Under the pieces are notes generated by a model. That model made no database searches. It had not been told where the DNA came from and saw only the letters and a program-made list of their open reading frames with translations. From Octopus vulgaris (taxonomy: Eukaryota), in assembly GCA_951406725.2 (NCBI GenBank), contig OX597815.1, positions 77,872,001 to 77,936,000 on the forward strand: a DNA stretch of 64,000 nucleotides, read 5' to 3'. The translations under genes and the position numbers were made by a program. This document shows positions 1 through 14,640 of the stretch, one piece after another (within the stretch, counting starts at the first letter, position 1; the number at the start of each line of letters is the position of its first letter).

Positions 1-1
1 A

Positions 2-436
2 AATCAAGCTGTCCATTACCCAACAGAGTTCCTTAATTCCCTTGAGCCACTTGGAACTCCTCCACATAAACTTTTACTGAAGGTAGGAGTCCTAATATTG
101 CTTCTAAGAAATTTAGATCCACCTAAATTATGCAATGGGACAAGGTTGATTGTGAAGACATTATCACCTAATGTGATAGAAGCTACCATCATCACTGGAT
201 GAGCCTCCAATCAAACCAACAAACATGCCATTTGAGTTAAAAAAAACACAATTCCCAGAGTGACTTTGCTTTGCAATGGCTATTGATAAAGCTCAAGGTT
301 AGTCTTTGAAATCTACCGGCTTGCACTTAATTAAACCTTGCTTTTCTCATGGTCAATTGTATGTTGGCTGCTCCAAGGTTGGTCGCTTGCAAACCAGAAA
401 ACAATGTATGTTGTTTACCCAGCAGCTCTTACATAA
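2..436 (+). pseudogene. Helitron Rep/Hel C-terminal Pif1-type helicase relic (truncated by window start)
   Basis: Manual translation from position 2: YPTEFLNSLEPLGTPPHKLLLKVGVLILLLRNLDPPKLCNGTRLIV...IEATIITG*, then FPE*LCFAMAIDKAQG*SL...PCFSHGQLYVGCSKV. These are hallmark Helitron helicase motifs, with stops and an internal deletion. Confidence 0.9.
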
Positions 437-501
437 TTTCCTTCAACATATGTGATAGAATTTATCTCCCTTCATAAAAGTGATAAGCTTTGTATTTTCG
501 T

Positions 502-532
<31 letters not shown>

Positions 533-545
533 CTTTCCGAAGTTT

Positions 546-905
546 TCATTTTCCTCCAATCAATTCAGTAATCCACTGTTTCACACTTTCATTAGCTATT
601 TTCTCCATATTTTCTGTCACTCCAAACATGCTCATTGTTTTACTTATCCAGCTGTGTGTTACCATGTCACATGCTTTTTTGTAATCTACATTCAATCCTA
701 TCAATTTGCAACTACAATTTCTAATTATCATTTTATTAACTAATAAGTGGTCCTTTGTTGCTCTACTTTGTTTCCTGCATCCTTTCTGCCCTTTTGGAAA
801 TAGTTTGTTACTTTCCAAATGATTATATAACTTTTCTGCCAAGACACTGGTCATAAGCTTCCACATACGTGGTAAACAGGTTATATGTCAAAAATTTGAT
901 ACCAA
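546..905 (-). mobile_element. R4/Dong-like non-LTR retrotransposon, reverse transcriptase fragment
   Basis: ITCLP.MWKLMTSVLAEKLYNHLESNKLFPKGQKGCRKQSRATKDHLL...DYKKACDMVTHSWI matches RT domains 2-3 of RLE-type LINEs. It abuts a (TTA)n tract. Confidence 0.75.
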
Positions 906-1011
906 GTTACCTTTTAAGGAGTCCTTGAGACATATCAACGTTTTTCTTGTTGTTGTTATCAGTATTATTATTATTATTATTATTATTATCATTATTATTA
1001 TTATTATTATC

Positions 1012-1452
1012 GAGTGAGAGAGCAGTGCACGCAATCAAAGTGACACTGGGGTAAAATATATGAAGCCCAGTATACCCATCATGACTACCCATCTGGTAAG
1101 GGTACAATAGGTACATGCATCACAACCATATGTACGCGACATGGTGATCACATATCAAGATAAACAGTGCATGACTTTGCAGGTGGGGGCCCAGTTAGAA
1201 TTTTCTTCAGATCGGGTAACTCATCCCACTCAAAAGGTCCCTGAATAAGGGTTGTTTAAGGACATTGAATGAAACATGTTTCGAAAGGTGAATTATCCAA
1301 ACCCCAAAGAATTCTTTTCAACACATGGCTTTGATGCTCCCACACTTCTTCTGCTCATGATCAGAGATGCACATATTGTCAGCCACTAAAGGACATGCTC
1401 AACTAGTTATGGTCAAACAACTGAGAAACAAATCTGTGGTATTGAGAAGAAT
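1012..1452. repeat. Non-coding interspersed repeat embedded in (TTA)n (same family as 13490-13908 and 14065-14588)
   Basis: Starts gagtgagagagcagtgca and is colinear with 14065-14480. Both sides are (TTA)n. Confidence 0.8.
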
Positions 1453-1480
1453 ATTATTATTATTATTATTATTATTATTA

Positions 1481-1757
1481 AGGTAGCAAGCTGGCAGAAT
1501 CGATACCATGCCAGGAAAAATGCTTAGCAGCATTTCTTCTGATTTTATGATCTGAGTCCAAATTCTGCCAGGGTTGACTTTGCTTTTTGTCCTTTCAGGA
1601 TCGCTAAATTAGGATCCCTTTTATAGGAAAAGGGACAAATTGCTAAAATGGTACTAGGGTTGATGGAATTGATTTATCCCACTCCCTCCAAAATTACTAG
1701 ACTTCTGCCAACATTTTAAATCATCATCATCATTAATTATTATTATTATTATTATTA

Positions 1758-1798
<41 letters not shown>

Positions 1799-2258
1799 GT
1801 TATCGCACAGTATACAATATCATAAGGTTGTTGATTGAAGATATTGTATCTACCGTGAGTTTGTACTGTTTGTCAAGTCATAACAAGGACCTCAGGCAGA
1901 CAGTACTTTATGCAATATGCGTGCAGTTCCAAGTAATGCCAACTTTTGCAATACATCTAGATTGTAGGGTATCTCTAAGGTTTTCAGATGGTTTTTAAGA
2001 TTGGGTAGTATTGAACCCAATGAACCCATTATTATTAAGGTGGCAAGCTGGCAGAATTGTTAGCACACCAGGCAAAATGCTGAGCAGCATTTCATCTGTC
2101 TTTGCATTCTGAGTTCAAATTCTGCTGAGGTCAACTTTACCTTTTACCCTTTCAAGGTCAATAAAATAAGTTCCAGTTGAACATTGGGGTCGATATAATT
2201 GATTTAATCCCTTTTCCTGAAACTGGCCATGTGCCTATAGTAGAAAGGATTATTATTA

Positions 2259-2301
<43 letters not shown>

Positions 2302-2516
2302 GGTAGTGAGCTGGCAGAATCATTAGCACACTGGACAAAATGCATAGCAGTATTTCGCCCATTGCTATGTTCTGAGTTCAAATTTTGCTAAGGCTAACTT
2401 TGCCTTTCATTGTTTTGGGGTCAGTAAATTAGTACCAGTCAACATACTGAGGTCGGTGTGATCGACTAACCCCACAACCCTCAAATTTCAGGACTTGTGC
2501 CTGTAGTAGAAAGGAT
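1481..2516 (+). mobile_element. Three head-to-tail copies of tRNA-derived SINE family A (about 1481-1720, 2038-2250, 2301-2516) separated by (TTA)n
   Basis: Recurrent head GG..GAGCTGGCAGAA (A-box-like), GAGTTCAAAT (B-box), conserved core CTTTGCCTTTCATCCTTTCGGGGTCGATAAA..AGTACCAG, tail GTAGAAAGGATTATT. Confidence 0.85.
1800..2030 (-). mobile_element. R4/Dong-like LINE 3' end (endonuclease C-terminus, 3' UTR, (TAA)n tail)
   Basis: Minus-strand translation MGSLGSILPNLKNHLKTLEIPYNLDVLQKLALLGTAHI is the typical RLE C-terminal QK.ALLGTAHI motif, followed by (TAA)n. Confidence 0.7.
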
Positions 2517-2649
2517 TATTATTATCATCATTATTATTATTATTATTATTATTGAGGAGGTTTTTTTTTTGCACATTTACTTTTGCTATACAACCAAGCA
2601 CAGTGTTATTGCTCTTTTTTTTTTTTTTCTGTGTGTGTGTTTTCTTGTG

Positions 2650-2990
2650 TATTGAAACTCTTCTACATATGTGTGTGCAATGTCTACTCCAGAATTTTTT
2701 TTCCCTCTGTTGTTTATGCGTATAGTTCTTAGAGTTTCACTTAGATATTTGTCTGCATCTCTTTCTTTATCATTCCCAAGTTAACTATTATGATGGGGAT
2801 TGTTTTTGCTTTCAATCTCCACATTTCTGGTTATCTCTTTTTCCATTTCTTGAAATGTGGATAATTTCTCCTTCTCTCCCAGACAGATATTGTCATTTGT
2901 TGAAATTGATATGTTGATTAGAAGATATTTTTGGTTTTCATATACAATATTCTTTTGAAAATAATCTCTGGACATCTTTTTCTTCTTTTA
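2650..2990 (-). mobile_element. Degenerate R4/Dong-like RLE endonuclease fragment
   Basis: KYLLINISISTNDNICLGEKEKLSTFQEMEKEITR...IPII..LGMIKKDADKYL resembles the PD..D-K RLE region; frameshifted. Confidence 0.6.
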
Positions 2991-3038
2991 CTCTATCCTC
3001 CCAATCTGTATAAAGTGACATGTCTCAGAATTTGGTCC

Positions 3039-3076
<38 letters not shown>

Positions 3077-3094
3077 GTAGTAGTAGTAGTAGTA

Positions 3095-3350
3095 GTGAGT
3101 GAAAGGTAAGAGAGTCCAGTTTGCTGGACATTGTTGTAGAGCTGAAAAAGAGGTAATTTCCACTCTTCTCCTCTGGAAGCCATCTACTCGCAATACCAGA
3201 GGGCGCACACTCTCCTTCCCTGATGTAATCTCCGGGGATACAGGCATCCAGCAACAGGACCTCCGTAATGTCATGATGGACCGTGAAGTCTGGCGTAGCA
3301 TGGTAAATTCCATTGTCTCGACCACGGTCGAACAATGATGAATGATGATG
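3095..3350 (+). mobile_element. RTE-clade LINE 3' end (5'-truncated)
   Basis: RVQFAGHCCRAEKEVISTLLLWKPSTRNTRGRTLSFPDVI...DREVWR then stop at 3338 and a (TGA)n tail. Typical RTE C-terminus (GH..R...W...GR...DR..WR). Confidence 0.75.
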
Positions 3351-3361
3351 AGTAGTAGCTT

Positions 3362-3775
3362 AGGTGCAGGCATAGCTATGTGGTTAAAAAACTTAGCTTG
3401 CAACCACATGGTTTTTGGTTCTGTCGCACTGCATAGTACCTAGGGCAAGTGTCTTCTACTTATGTCCCCTTCCCCTCCTCCCTTAAGTCAATCAGTCTTG
3501 TGAGTAAATTTGGTTGGCAGAAACTGTGTGGAAGCCTATTATATGTGTGTGTGTGTGTGTGTGTTTTGTGTCTGTGTGCATGTCCCACTGTCTCTTGACG
3601 ATCAGTTTTAGTTTGTTTATATACCCTTGTAACTTAGAGGTTCAGCAAAAGAGACTAATAAAATAAATATCAGACTTAAAAATAAGTATGACTGATGATT
3701 TGTGTGATTAAGCCATTCAAGGAGGTGCCCCAGTGTGGCCACAGTCTAATGACTGAAACAAGTAAAAGATAAAAG
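3362..3775 (+). mobile_element. CORE-type tRNA SINE (family B)
   Basis: tRNA-like head, ACCT.GGGCAAGTGTCTTCTACT CORE-like motif, internal (GT)n, tail GGTGCCCCAG..TGGCCACAGTC.AATGACTGAAACAAGTAAAAGA. Confidence 0.8.
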
Positions 3776-5934
3776 ATTATGGGATAATTATTTTGTAGGT
3801 GAGAAAACGTCTTGTGGTGTCTCTATTTTGAGCTTCAGACCTTTTGGTTTGACTGTTCATTTCATTATCCTGGGCTAAATCAAATAAGTACAAGTCAAAT
3901 AGCAGGATCAGTGTAGTCAACTGTAGCCTCTACCAAATTTGTGGCCTTATGTCTGTTAGCTATCATTCAAGCTGGCAGAATCGTTAGCATGTCATTCAAA
4001 ATGTTTAGTGGCATTTCTTCTGGCTCTGTACATTCTGAATTAAAATTTGACTTTGCTTTTCATTCGTTCGGGGTTGATAACGTAATGTACCAGTTGGGCA
4101 ATGGATTTGATGTAATCAACAAATCTCATTCACTAAAATTGCTGGCCTTGTACCAAAACTAGAGAGAATTATCAAAAGTTGGTGGGCAGTTTGGAACATT
4201 AGTGAGTTATTTGGCAAGTCTTAGTTTTAATTTCAGTGCCAAATTAGAAGCACTTTCTTCTAATTTCCAGTTTCTGAAAGATATTGAGATACATTCACAA
4301 ATAGGAAACCATTTCACAGCAGAGGTATATGCGGTTGACATCACTGACTGGTGGGAAGTCACTCTATGGTGTTTATTATGCTGCTTGTTATCTTAGTGAT
4401 TTAGGTTGGATGCTTTATCAGAGACATTCTATATTTATTAATAATTTACATCTATTGGAAAGACAGTTTTCACAAATTTGGATATGTTTCTGTTGTTAGA
4501 GCAAATGGTTTTTAAATACTAGAGGCCCTATACTTGTGAATTAGCAGTGAAACCGTGTGAATTAGTATCACTAGTGAATTAGCAGTAAAACCTGAACCTA
4601 TTGTCACCCTAGTAGAGTGAGGCAAGTACAGTTGTGTACAGAATGGCTACAGCAAACTTTTAACCTTTAATAAAGCAAACAATAATATCCAAGAAAATTA
4701 GTGATGGCTTACATAGGCAATTAATAAATATAAAATGTCCAGAAGTGAAATAATTTAGTTTCCTATGAGGAAGAGATAAAATCAAACATTTAGACTGCAG
4801 TCTTAGTCATAGAGTGATGTTATTTGAGAGTAACAAATGATGCACTGCTAGAAAACGTGTCCCAATACACCTGTTGTTGAGAATCAAGTCCACCAAGCTG
4901 TAATATTTTAGACATATGATGTGTTATGAATCATTGCCAAAGACCATCTGCCCAGAAACTGTGGAAGGGAAGAGAGCAAGTTTCTGGAATTCCAGAAGTT
5001 TTTCACTGAACCCTAGGATTCCTCAGACCCCACTTAAGTAAAACACTGCATTAGATAATGCAATTCTAAAAAATCAGGATGGTTCAGGTAAAATGCCCTT
5101 GATCATAGATCTGCTCGGTTGGAGCTATCCTGGGGCTTAACAACAATAACAAAAATGACAGGAAGTAATGACAACTACAACAACAGCAGCAGAAATGACA
5201 GCAAATAAATCTGTTGCTAGAAAAATATCTGCAAATAAAGTATTGTGTATGTGATGCAGAGAAAGCCATCATATTGTTGCTGTGGTAACTGTTATAACCA
5301 GACAGAATCTGTAGACTGATGCAAGCATCAGAAAACAAACAGTTGATTTGATGTTTACAGTGTTGATAGTGTTAAAGTTGATTGTGAAGTATTGGAAAGA
5401 TATCATGAGTGTTTTGGTAAATGTATATATGTGGATGTATGTGTATATATGAGTGTATGCATGTGTATATATGTGTATATATATGAATGTATATGTGTGC
5501 ATATTATCTTTATGTATGTATGTATGTATATGTGAATGTATGTATCCATATGTAGGTATGTATATAATTGAAAAATTCCCAAGAAATGTTAACATCTATA
5601 TATTTATGAAGCTATTTATCTATCTATCTGGTTGGTTATTAGTCTGTGTATCAGTCTGGATGTTTACTTATCTAACTATAAAAAAAATGTACCTATCTTT
5701 CTATTCACCTTTCTTTTTACCTTTTTCTCTTCTATCTGCCTACTTTCTTTTACCTACCCATTTGTCTATGTATAACTACACGTCAATATCTATATGTCTA
5801 TCCATATTTATCTGTCTGTTTGGCCGGCCGTCTGTCTGTCCAGCCATCCATCCACTAATCATCTATTGATTTAATTCTTTATTTATCAAACTTTCTATCT
5901 TCCTGTACTTCTCTGTCTGTCAGCCTGTTATCTG

Positions 5935-5969
<35 letters not shown>

Positions 5970-6344
5970 GTTTGTCTACTTACACATCAGTCTCTGTCTG
6001 TCTGTATGTTCCTTCCAACTCTACCTTGTCAACTTTCATGTCCACTACAGCACCAGTTATTCCTTCCTTCTGAGTGAGAATTGAAACTTAGCTACTTGTG
6101 TAGACATGTTAATGCACAAAACCTGTTGCAATACCATTTTATTATTGATTAATCTTGTTAAAATGACAATTCCAACTTGAGTCAGGTTTAAATGTTTTCT
6201 TTAATAATGATTTCTAACACTGGCACAAGGCCACACGTTTCTGAAAACAGGAAATAAATTATTACATCGACACTGGTATTTGACTGTTATTTATTTTATT
6301 GTCACCAAAATGATGAGAAACATTCCATTGAAGTAAGAACCATA

Positions 6345-6860
6345 GGTGCTGGTATGGTTGTGTAGTTAAGAAGTTCACTTTGCACCCATGTGGTTTCATG
6401 CTTAATTTCAATGCATGTTACCTTGGGCAAATGTGTTTTACTATAGCCCTAGGATGACCTATGCATTTTGTATAGAATTTGTAGACGTGCCGGTGGCATG
6501 TAAAAAGCACCATCTGAACGTGGCCGATGCCAGCGCCGCCTACACTGGCTTCCGTGCCGGTGGCATGTACAAAGCACCATCCGAATCGTGGCCGATGCCA
6601 GCGCTGCCTTGACTGGCTTCCGTGCTGGTGGCACGTAAAATGCACCAATCCGATCATGGCCGTTGCCAGCCTCGCCTGGCACGTAAAAGCACCCACTACA
6701 CTCACGGAGTGGTTGGCATTAGGAAGGGCATCCAACTGTAGAAACACTGCCAGATCAGACTGGAGCCTGGTGCAGCCTTCTGGTTTCCTAGATCCCCAGT
6801 CGAACCGTCCAACACATGCTAACATGGAGAATGGACGTTAAACGATGATGATGATGATGA
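6345..6860 (+). mobile_element. SINE with CORE head, internal ~67-bp tandem units and RTE-like (GAT)n tail (family C)
   Basis: Four GGTGGCACGTAAAAAGCACC-type units, GGTTGGCATTAGGAAGGGCATCC domain, tail CATGGA.AA.GGACGTTAAACGATGATGAT. A similar copy lies at 32640-32945. Confidence 0.75.
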
Positions 6861-7291
6861 TAAAACTGTACAGCCTGGTAGGATTTGAAATAACTTACAA
6901 AGTGTAAAAACAAATTCTGCTAAGCATTTTGTCCCATGCTTCACTATTTCTTTCATTGCTACCAGTGCATTAAAAGAATGACTGACATTTCAAAGACAAA
7001 GATGAAGGACAGTAACATTGAAATTAAATAAGATATATAAAGTAGATAATGAATGTGTAGGTCCTAAAAGTGGGACAAAAGTAATTATGTTAATTATGCA
7101 TATATTACAAAAGGAGGAAGGTCACTTTGGGTTAATCAGCATTATCAAGTCATTTATACCATTATATTCTTCTGTTTAGTGGTGGGCAGTATGTATCTTT
7201 TTTCCTGTGCAGTAATGGTGAGCAATAAATGAAACTAATGATATGTAATTTATTAATTTTGTTATTTTCACTTGAATGCTCTAATTTTGTT

Positions 7292-8713
<1,422 letters not shown>

Positions 8714-8975
8714 TTGCACCAAATATCTTACTAATGTTTCTAAATAAATAAATATGTAACCCAGTTTAATAATGTCTGTTTGTAATTCAATAGTCTGTTG
8801 GCCTTGAAGCCACTTACAAATGTGACACTGTTCTTCCTCTGCAGTCATTTTCTATAAATAATGGGAAAGCATGACGAGGAGAACCCATTGTTCTCTAACT
8901 GACTTATTAACCATCTCACTCAGTCACACATTCATTCTTGTCAGATAAATCGTGTTTCTATCCATTGGATGAATA

Positions 8976-9195
8976 TATGAGTGGGTACTGCAAAGTTCCT
9001 AGCTTTAGGGTGTTGCGAAAGACCTGGTTGGAGGTCCACTTTCCAAGTTCTTTTACAGGGCTTAGAAAAACTGAAGGACTGCTTCAATAAGTTTGTGAAT
9101 CTGAGAGGGGAAAATGTTGAATAAAATCATATTTAACTGATCTTCCTTTGTATTTTCTTTCACCCACAGCCAGGAACTTTTCAGAACCCTCTTGA
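8976..9195 (+). mobile_element. Non-autonomous mariner derivative (MITE)
   Basis: Imperfect TIRs TATGAGTGGGTACTGCAAAGTTCCTAGCT ... AGCCAGGAACTTTTCAGAACCCTCTTGA. The interior encodes a mariner C-terminus GLEKLKDCFNKFVNLRGENVE*. Confidence 0.75.
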
Positions 9196-10907
9196 ATTTC
9201 GTTCCTGGGGTTTCCTAATTGCTTTTCTTACACAATTCATTGTTATTACAGCAATGAAACATTATTATTTCTCAGCCACCGTTGACGAGACTTCATGCTA
9301 AAATAAATAACTAAATCTCTAAATCTTAGTTTTTTGTTATTGTGGTAGGACTATAATTTCTTTTTTGTTATTTATTTATATCTCGTTTTCTCTTTATCTC
9401 TAAATTTCTTTAATTTTTGTCATTATTTCTAGTGTGAAATGTTAAAAATAACATTAGAATCACCAAAACCATCGCTACCAATGGCATAGAACCATAGCCC
9501 AACACATTAAAATCCATAGAATTGGTCAGCATTGGCAAAAACAAAAAAACTTAATAGAATCCATAGTGAAAGGTAAATTAATATAAATGGACACAGTAAT
9601 CAAACTATGTGGTTTCTGGTTCAGTCCCACTGCAAGACACCTTAGCAAGTATCTTCTACTATAGCCCTGGGTCAATCAAAGCTTTGATAGTGAATTTGGT
9701 TAATGGAAATTGTGTGGAAGCCTGTAGTATGTGTGTGTGTGTATTTGTCCCCTCCCTGTAACTTAACATTTCAGAAAAAGAGCCACTTAAAGACAAATAC
9801 TGGGGTTGATTTTTTTTTAGACTAAACCCTTCTAGGCAGTGCTCCAGCATGGCCACAGTCCTATAACTGGATCAAATATAAGTTAAAAGTTGTTCCATTC
9901 TTATATTCCCTTTTCACAAGCCTTGTCAGTGAAATAGATGGAAAATGTGTGAAGGCTTGTTGTATGGATTGTAGCTGTGATTCAAAGGTCCAGCACTATC
10001 ACATATTCTGCCATGCTGATTCAGCCTGATAGTATAGATTACTATGGTATATTCAACCACTTATATATGTAAATTTTGCAAGGATGTAGTTCACTTGATT
10101 GAACCATTAAATGTTCATCATTGAAGCTAGCAGAGAATCTGTTGTTCTTTTACTCGTTTCAGTCCTTAAACTTCAGTCATTACATTAACTCCAATGCTCA
10201 ACAGGTACTTTATTTTATCAACCCATAAAAAGATGAAAGGCAAAGTCGACCTCGGTGGAATTTGAACTCAGAATGCAAAGACAGACAAAATGCCACTAAG
10301 CATTTTGCTCGGTGTGCTAACAATCTGATAGCTAGCTACCTTGATGATGATGACGACGACAACAACTAGGAAAACACTTGGAGAGCGCAGACCTCTGCCA
10401 AGTAGCTCATTTCCACTCATATACAGGTATACTGAAAATCACCCAATTTCCCAAACCAATGGCAGGAAAAACATAACCTTTTTGGTGGGGTTAAAAACAA
10501 AATAAGACAGCCATATGATTTTTTTAAAAAACCCTTTAAAAACAGGAATCATCTGAAGCAGTTATAATACATCAATGACAACAGCAAGCTAGTTTCATAA
10601 CGGTCATGGAGGGAACAAGGCCTGTCATGTCATCCTCCACAGACTCCCGCTAAGCAGCTCTTTTAAGATAAATACACCGGCAGAATTTGAACTCAGAACA
10701 ATAATGACAAGCGAAATACTGCTGAGCATTTTGCCCAGCATGCTAATGATTCTACCAGCTTGCTGCCTTAATAATAGTAACGATGATGATTGGAGGTGGT
10801 GGTGGCGGCGGCAGTCATCATCATTGTCTTTTAACATCTGTTTTCCATGTTGGTATGGGTAGGATGGTTTGACCAGAGCTGGGAAACTGGATAACTGCAC
10901 TAGGTTC

Positions 10908-11975
10908 CAGTCTGATTTGACTTGGTTTCTACGGTTGGATGTCCTTCCTAATTCCAACCACTTTACAGCATGTGCTGGGTGTTTTTAATGTGGCTTTGGC
11001 ATGAACACCCTTATGCGACACCAGCACTATTGCTTTTTGAATCCAGGGTCAGAAATTTCAATGGAAAGAGTATAGTCCATTATACTGATACTTTAATTTA
11101 TTGACCTAGAAAAGGATGACATGCAAAGTTGACCTCAGCAGAATTTGAAATTAGCATGTAATTCCTGGAACACTGCCTTTTAGGGTTTCAGTCATTTATA
11201 TTTGCCTACTAATATTTGTATTTGATCCTTATTTAATCAACCTTCAATAAGCAGGAAAGCAAAATAGAATTTGGCATATGTGTGTGTGTGTGTGTGTGTA
11301 TGTGTACATGCTTGTGAAGGTATATGTGTATGTAGAAGTATGTCTATAAGTAGTTTATGTAAATGATAGCATTCATTAATTTGATTTTGTTTAATTTCAA
11401 ATCTCATTGGATGAAAATCTATTTCTATTAAAAAGTGAAAAATCTAATCAGTCTGATTTGACTTGGTTTCTACGGTTGGATGTCCTTCCTAATTCCAACC
11501 ACTTTACAGCATGTGCTGGGTGTTTTTAATGTGGCTTTGGCATGAACACCCTTATGCGACACCAGCACTATTGCTTTTTGAATCCAGGGTCAGAAATTTC
11601 AATGGAAAGAGTATAGTCCATTATACTGATACTTTAATTTATTGACCTAGAAAAGGATGACATGCAAAGTTGACCTCAGCAGAATTTGAAATTAGCATGT
11701 AATTCCTGGAACACTGCCTTTTAGGGTTTCAGTCATTTATATTTGCCTACTAATATTTGTATTTGATCCTTATTTAATCAACCTTCAATAAGCAGGAAAG
11801 CAAAATAGAATTTGGCATATGTGTGTGTGTGTGTGTGTGTGTATGTGTACATGCTTGTGAAGGTATATGTGTATGTAGAAGTATGTCTATAAGTAGTTTA
11901 TTAATTTGATTTTGTTTAATTTCAAATCTCATTGGATGAAAATCTATTTCTATTAAAAAGTGAAAAATCTAATCA
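10908..11975. repeat. Direct tandem duplication, two ~540-bp units (10908-11448, 11449-11975)
   Basis: Near-identical units. The second has a ~17-bp deletion and a slightly longer (GT)n. Confidence 0.95.
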
Positions 11976-13489
11976 TCTATTACATTTTGAATATAAATAA
12001 TTAGATTTAAGATATCTTCCTCATAAAACCAGCATGTTATTTACGAATTGCAGTTTTTTTTCTCTTTCTTTGTATTATTTTTCTTTCTTGCTTATGTTTA
12101 GTTGCATAGTTATTTTGGTTTCTCCTGATATATATTTTTGGTTTGGTTTGAATAAGCTTTTTCTTTTCTTTTCTTTTTTTCACCTAGAAGAATTTCAGTT
12201 TTTGAGGCAACACTGTGAAATCACAAATATATAATAATGATAATGAGACAACCAACAGAAACTTATTTATCATTTCTCTAATAGTAATTATCAAATGACC
12301 TTCTATTTCTTCAATGATACTTATCTAAGCCCATAAAGAAAATTACTAATTATACTTTAGCCAAGGCAATCAACAAGGCTAGCTGCAATTTTATATGGTA
12401 GACTCTATGTAGTCATTCAACTTGCTAGAAATAACTGCCAAATCTCTCTAATACAATACCTGACCATTTGAAATATAATAGGAAGGACACATTGGAAAAT
12501 TAAATCCTAGATACAGATGTCTAAAAAAAAAGTCAAAACCAAAAACAAAGATGAGATGGTCATGGCTAGGATACATTTGACCATAGGTCTACTTAATCAG
12601 AGCAGTGTTGGGACTAAATAACAGAAAAAACAACAGCAACAATAACAGAGTGGTTAACCTTGAATCTGTCTAGTAGCAAGCATTTTTATTTTTTTATCTA
12701 ATCTTAACAGTTCATATAATATAGAAATAGATTTCAGTAAACAAGATGTTTTCAGATGGAATCTACTGGAATCTACTTTTACTTTGTTCTTTCTTTCTTT
12801 CTTTCTTTCTTTCTTTATCTATTTATTTATTCTTTCTCTTGGTATTTCCTTGGTGTTCCAATTTCATAATATTTCAGCAAGAACCTAAATGTGTATAAAC
12901 TGACTGACTGACTGACTGTTTCCTATTTTTCTGAACTATCACCAAGACATGACTGGAGAAGCAATAATCTGTTTTGATAGCAACTTCTGGGAGATAAGGT
13001 GATGAGGGAGCTTCTTGACATCAGGCATAGGGAATCGCGCCCTTCTACCTGCCATCAGATTTAAAATTGCCTGCTAATAAAGCCTTTGGAAACTGAAGGA
13101 ATGAAAGTCATTTAGGCTTTAAACCAAAACAGCAATTTAATATATTTACTTTAGAAAACTGCAAGAAATAAATCATTCTCAATTGTAGAACTTGAAATAG
13201 ATAAAGCTGTAAACAACAGCATGTATAAAATATTGGGTTAAAAACACCTTTGAGGGAAAAATTTGAAGGCTACATCTTCTGTAAATGTGAAAGATGTTCT
13301 ACCATTGTACCAAAGCAATCATTCAAATTTCTCCATCCATTTAAAAAGCTTTGTACTTACCAGCAAAAATTTTAAGTTGTTATGACATAAGAATGTAGAA
13401 ACTTCGAGACGAGATAATTTGTTTATAAAAGTAGAACTCAAGTCAAAGGCTACAAAGCATGAGGGTCAAAAATGGCTGGTATGGGTTAC

Positions 13490-13909
13490 ACAGACACATG
13501 CATCACAACCATATGTGCACAACATGGTGATCTCATATCAAGATAAACAGTGCATGACCTTGCAAGTGGGGCCCAGTTAGAATTTTCTTCAGGTCGAGTA
13601 GCCCATCCTGCTCAAAAGGCTAAGGGTTGTTTAAGGATGGTGAATGAAACACCCATAATTTCAGAGGTGAATTATTTTCAAACCCCAAAGAATTCCTCTC
13701 AATACATGGTGCTCCTCAACTTATTCTGCTTGTGATAAGAGTTGCACATATCATCAGCCACTAAGGGGCATGCTCAACTGGTTATGGTCAAACAGCTAAG
13801 CAAATCTGTGGTATTTGCTGTAGCCCATACCAAGATAAAAACAAAACATGATAATACTTCCAATCAGTTAAGGCCAGAAGCCATGAGAACCACTGCCTGG
13901 TACTGCATC

Positions 13910-13941
<32 letters not shown>

Positions 13942-13963
13942 GAGTAGAGAGCAGTGCATGCCA

Positions 13964-13998
<35 letters not shown>

Positions 13999-14001
13999 TT
14001 C

Positions 14002-14064
<63 letters not shown>

Positions 14065-14640
14065 GTGAGAGAGCAGAGCATGCCATCAAAGTGACACTGG
14101 GGTAAAATATACGAAGCTCAGTATACCCATCATGACTACCCGTCTGATAAAGGTACACCAGACACATGCATCACAATCATATGTGCACACATAGTGATCT
14201 CATATCAAGATAAACAGCACATGACCTTGCAGTTGGGACCCAGTTAGAATTTTCTTCAGGTTGAGTAGCCCATCCTGCTCAAAAGGTCCCTGAATAAGGG
14301 TTGCTTTAGGATGTTGAACAAAACACCTATGTTTCCAGAGGTGAACCATTCAAACTCCAAAGAATCCCTCTCAACACATGGCCATGATGCTCCCCAACTA
14401 CTTCTGCTTGTGATAAGAGTTGCACATATCATCAGCCACTAAGGGGCATGCTCAACTGGTTATGGTCAAACAGCTAAGCAAATCTGTGGTATTTGCTGTA
14501 GCCCATACCAAGATAAAAACAAAACATGATAATACTTCCAATCAGTTAAGGCCAGAAGCCATGAGAACCACTGCCTGGTACTGCATCATTATTATTATTA
14601 TTATTATTATTGAGTGAGAGAGCAGTGCATGCCATCACTT
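13490..14640. repeat. Array of the (TTA)n-embedded repeat: partial copy, stub, full copy, stub
   Basis: Copies at 13490-13908 and 14065-14588, ~25-bp stubs at 13942-13966 and 14612-14637, each separated by (TTA)n. Confidence 0.85.

Noticed and set aside
4271-4324. Candidate small exon FLKDIEIHSQIGNHFTAE (and similar at 49734-49777)
   Set aside because: Splice-like signals only; weak donors and no recognisable protein signature.
6488-6700. Repeat-spacer pattern resembling a CRISPR array
   Set aside because: The spacers are homologous to each other, the context is a eukaryotic SINE, and there are no cas genes.
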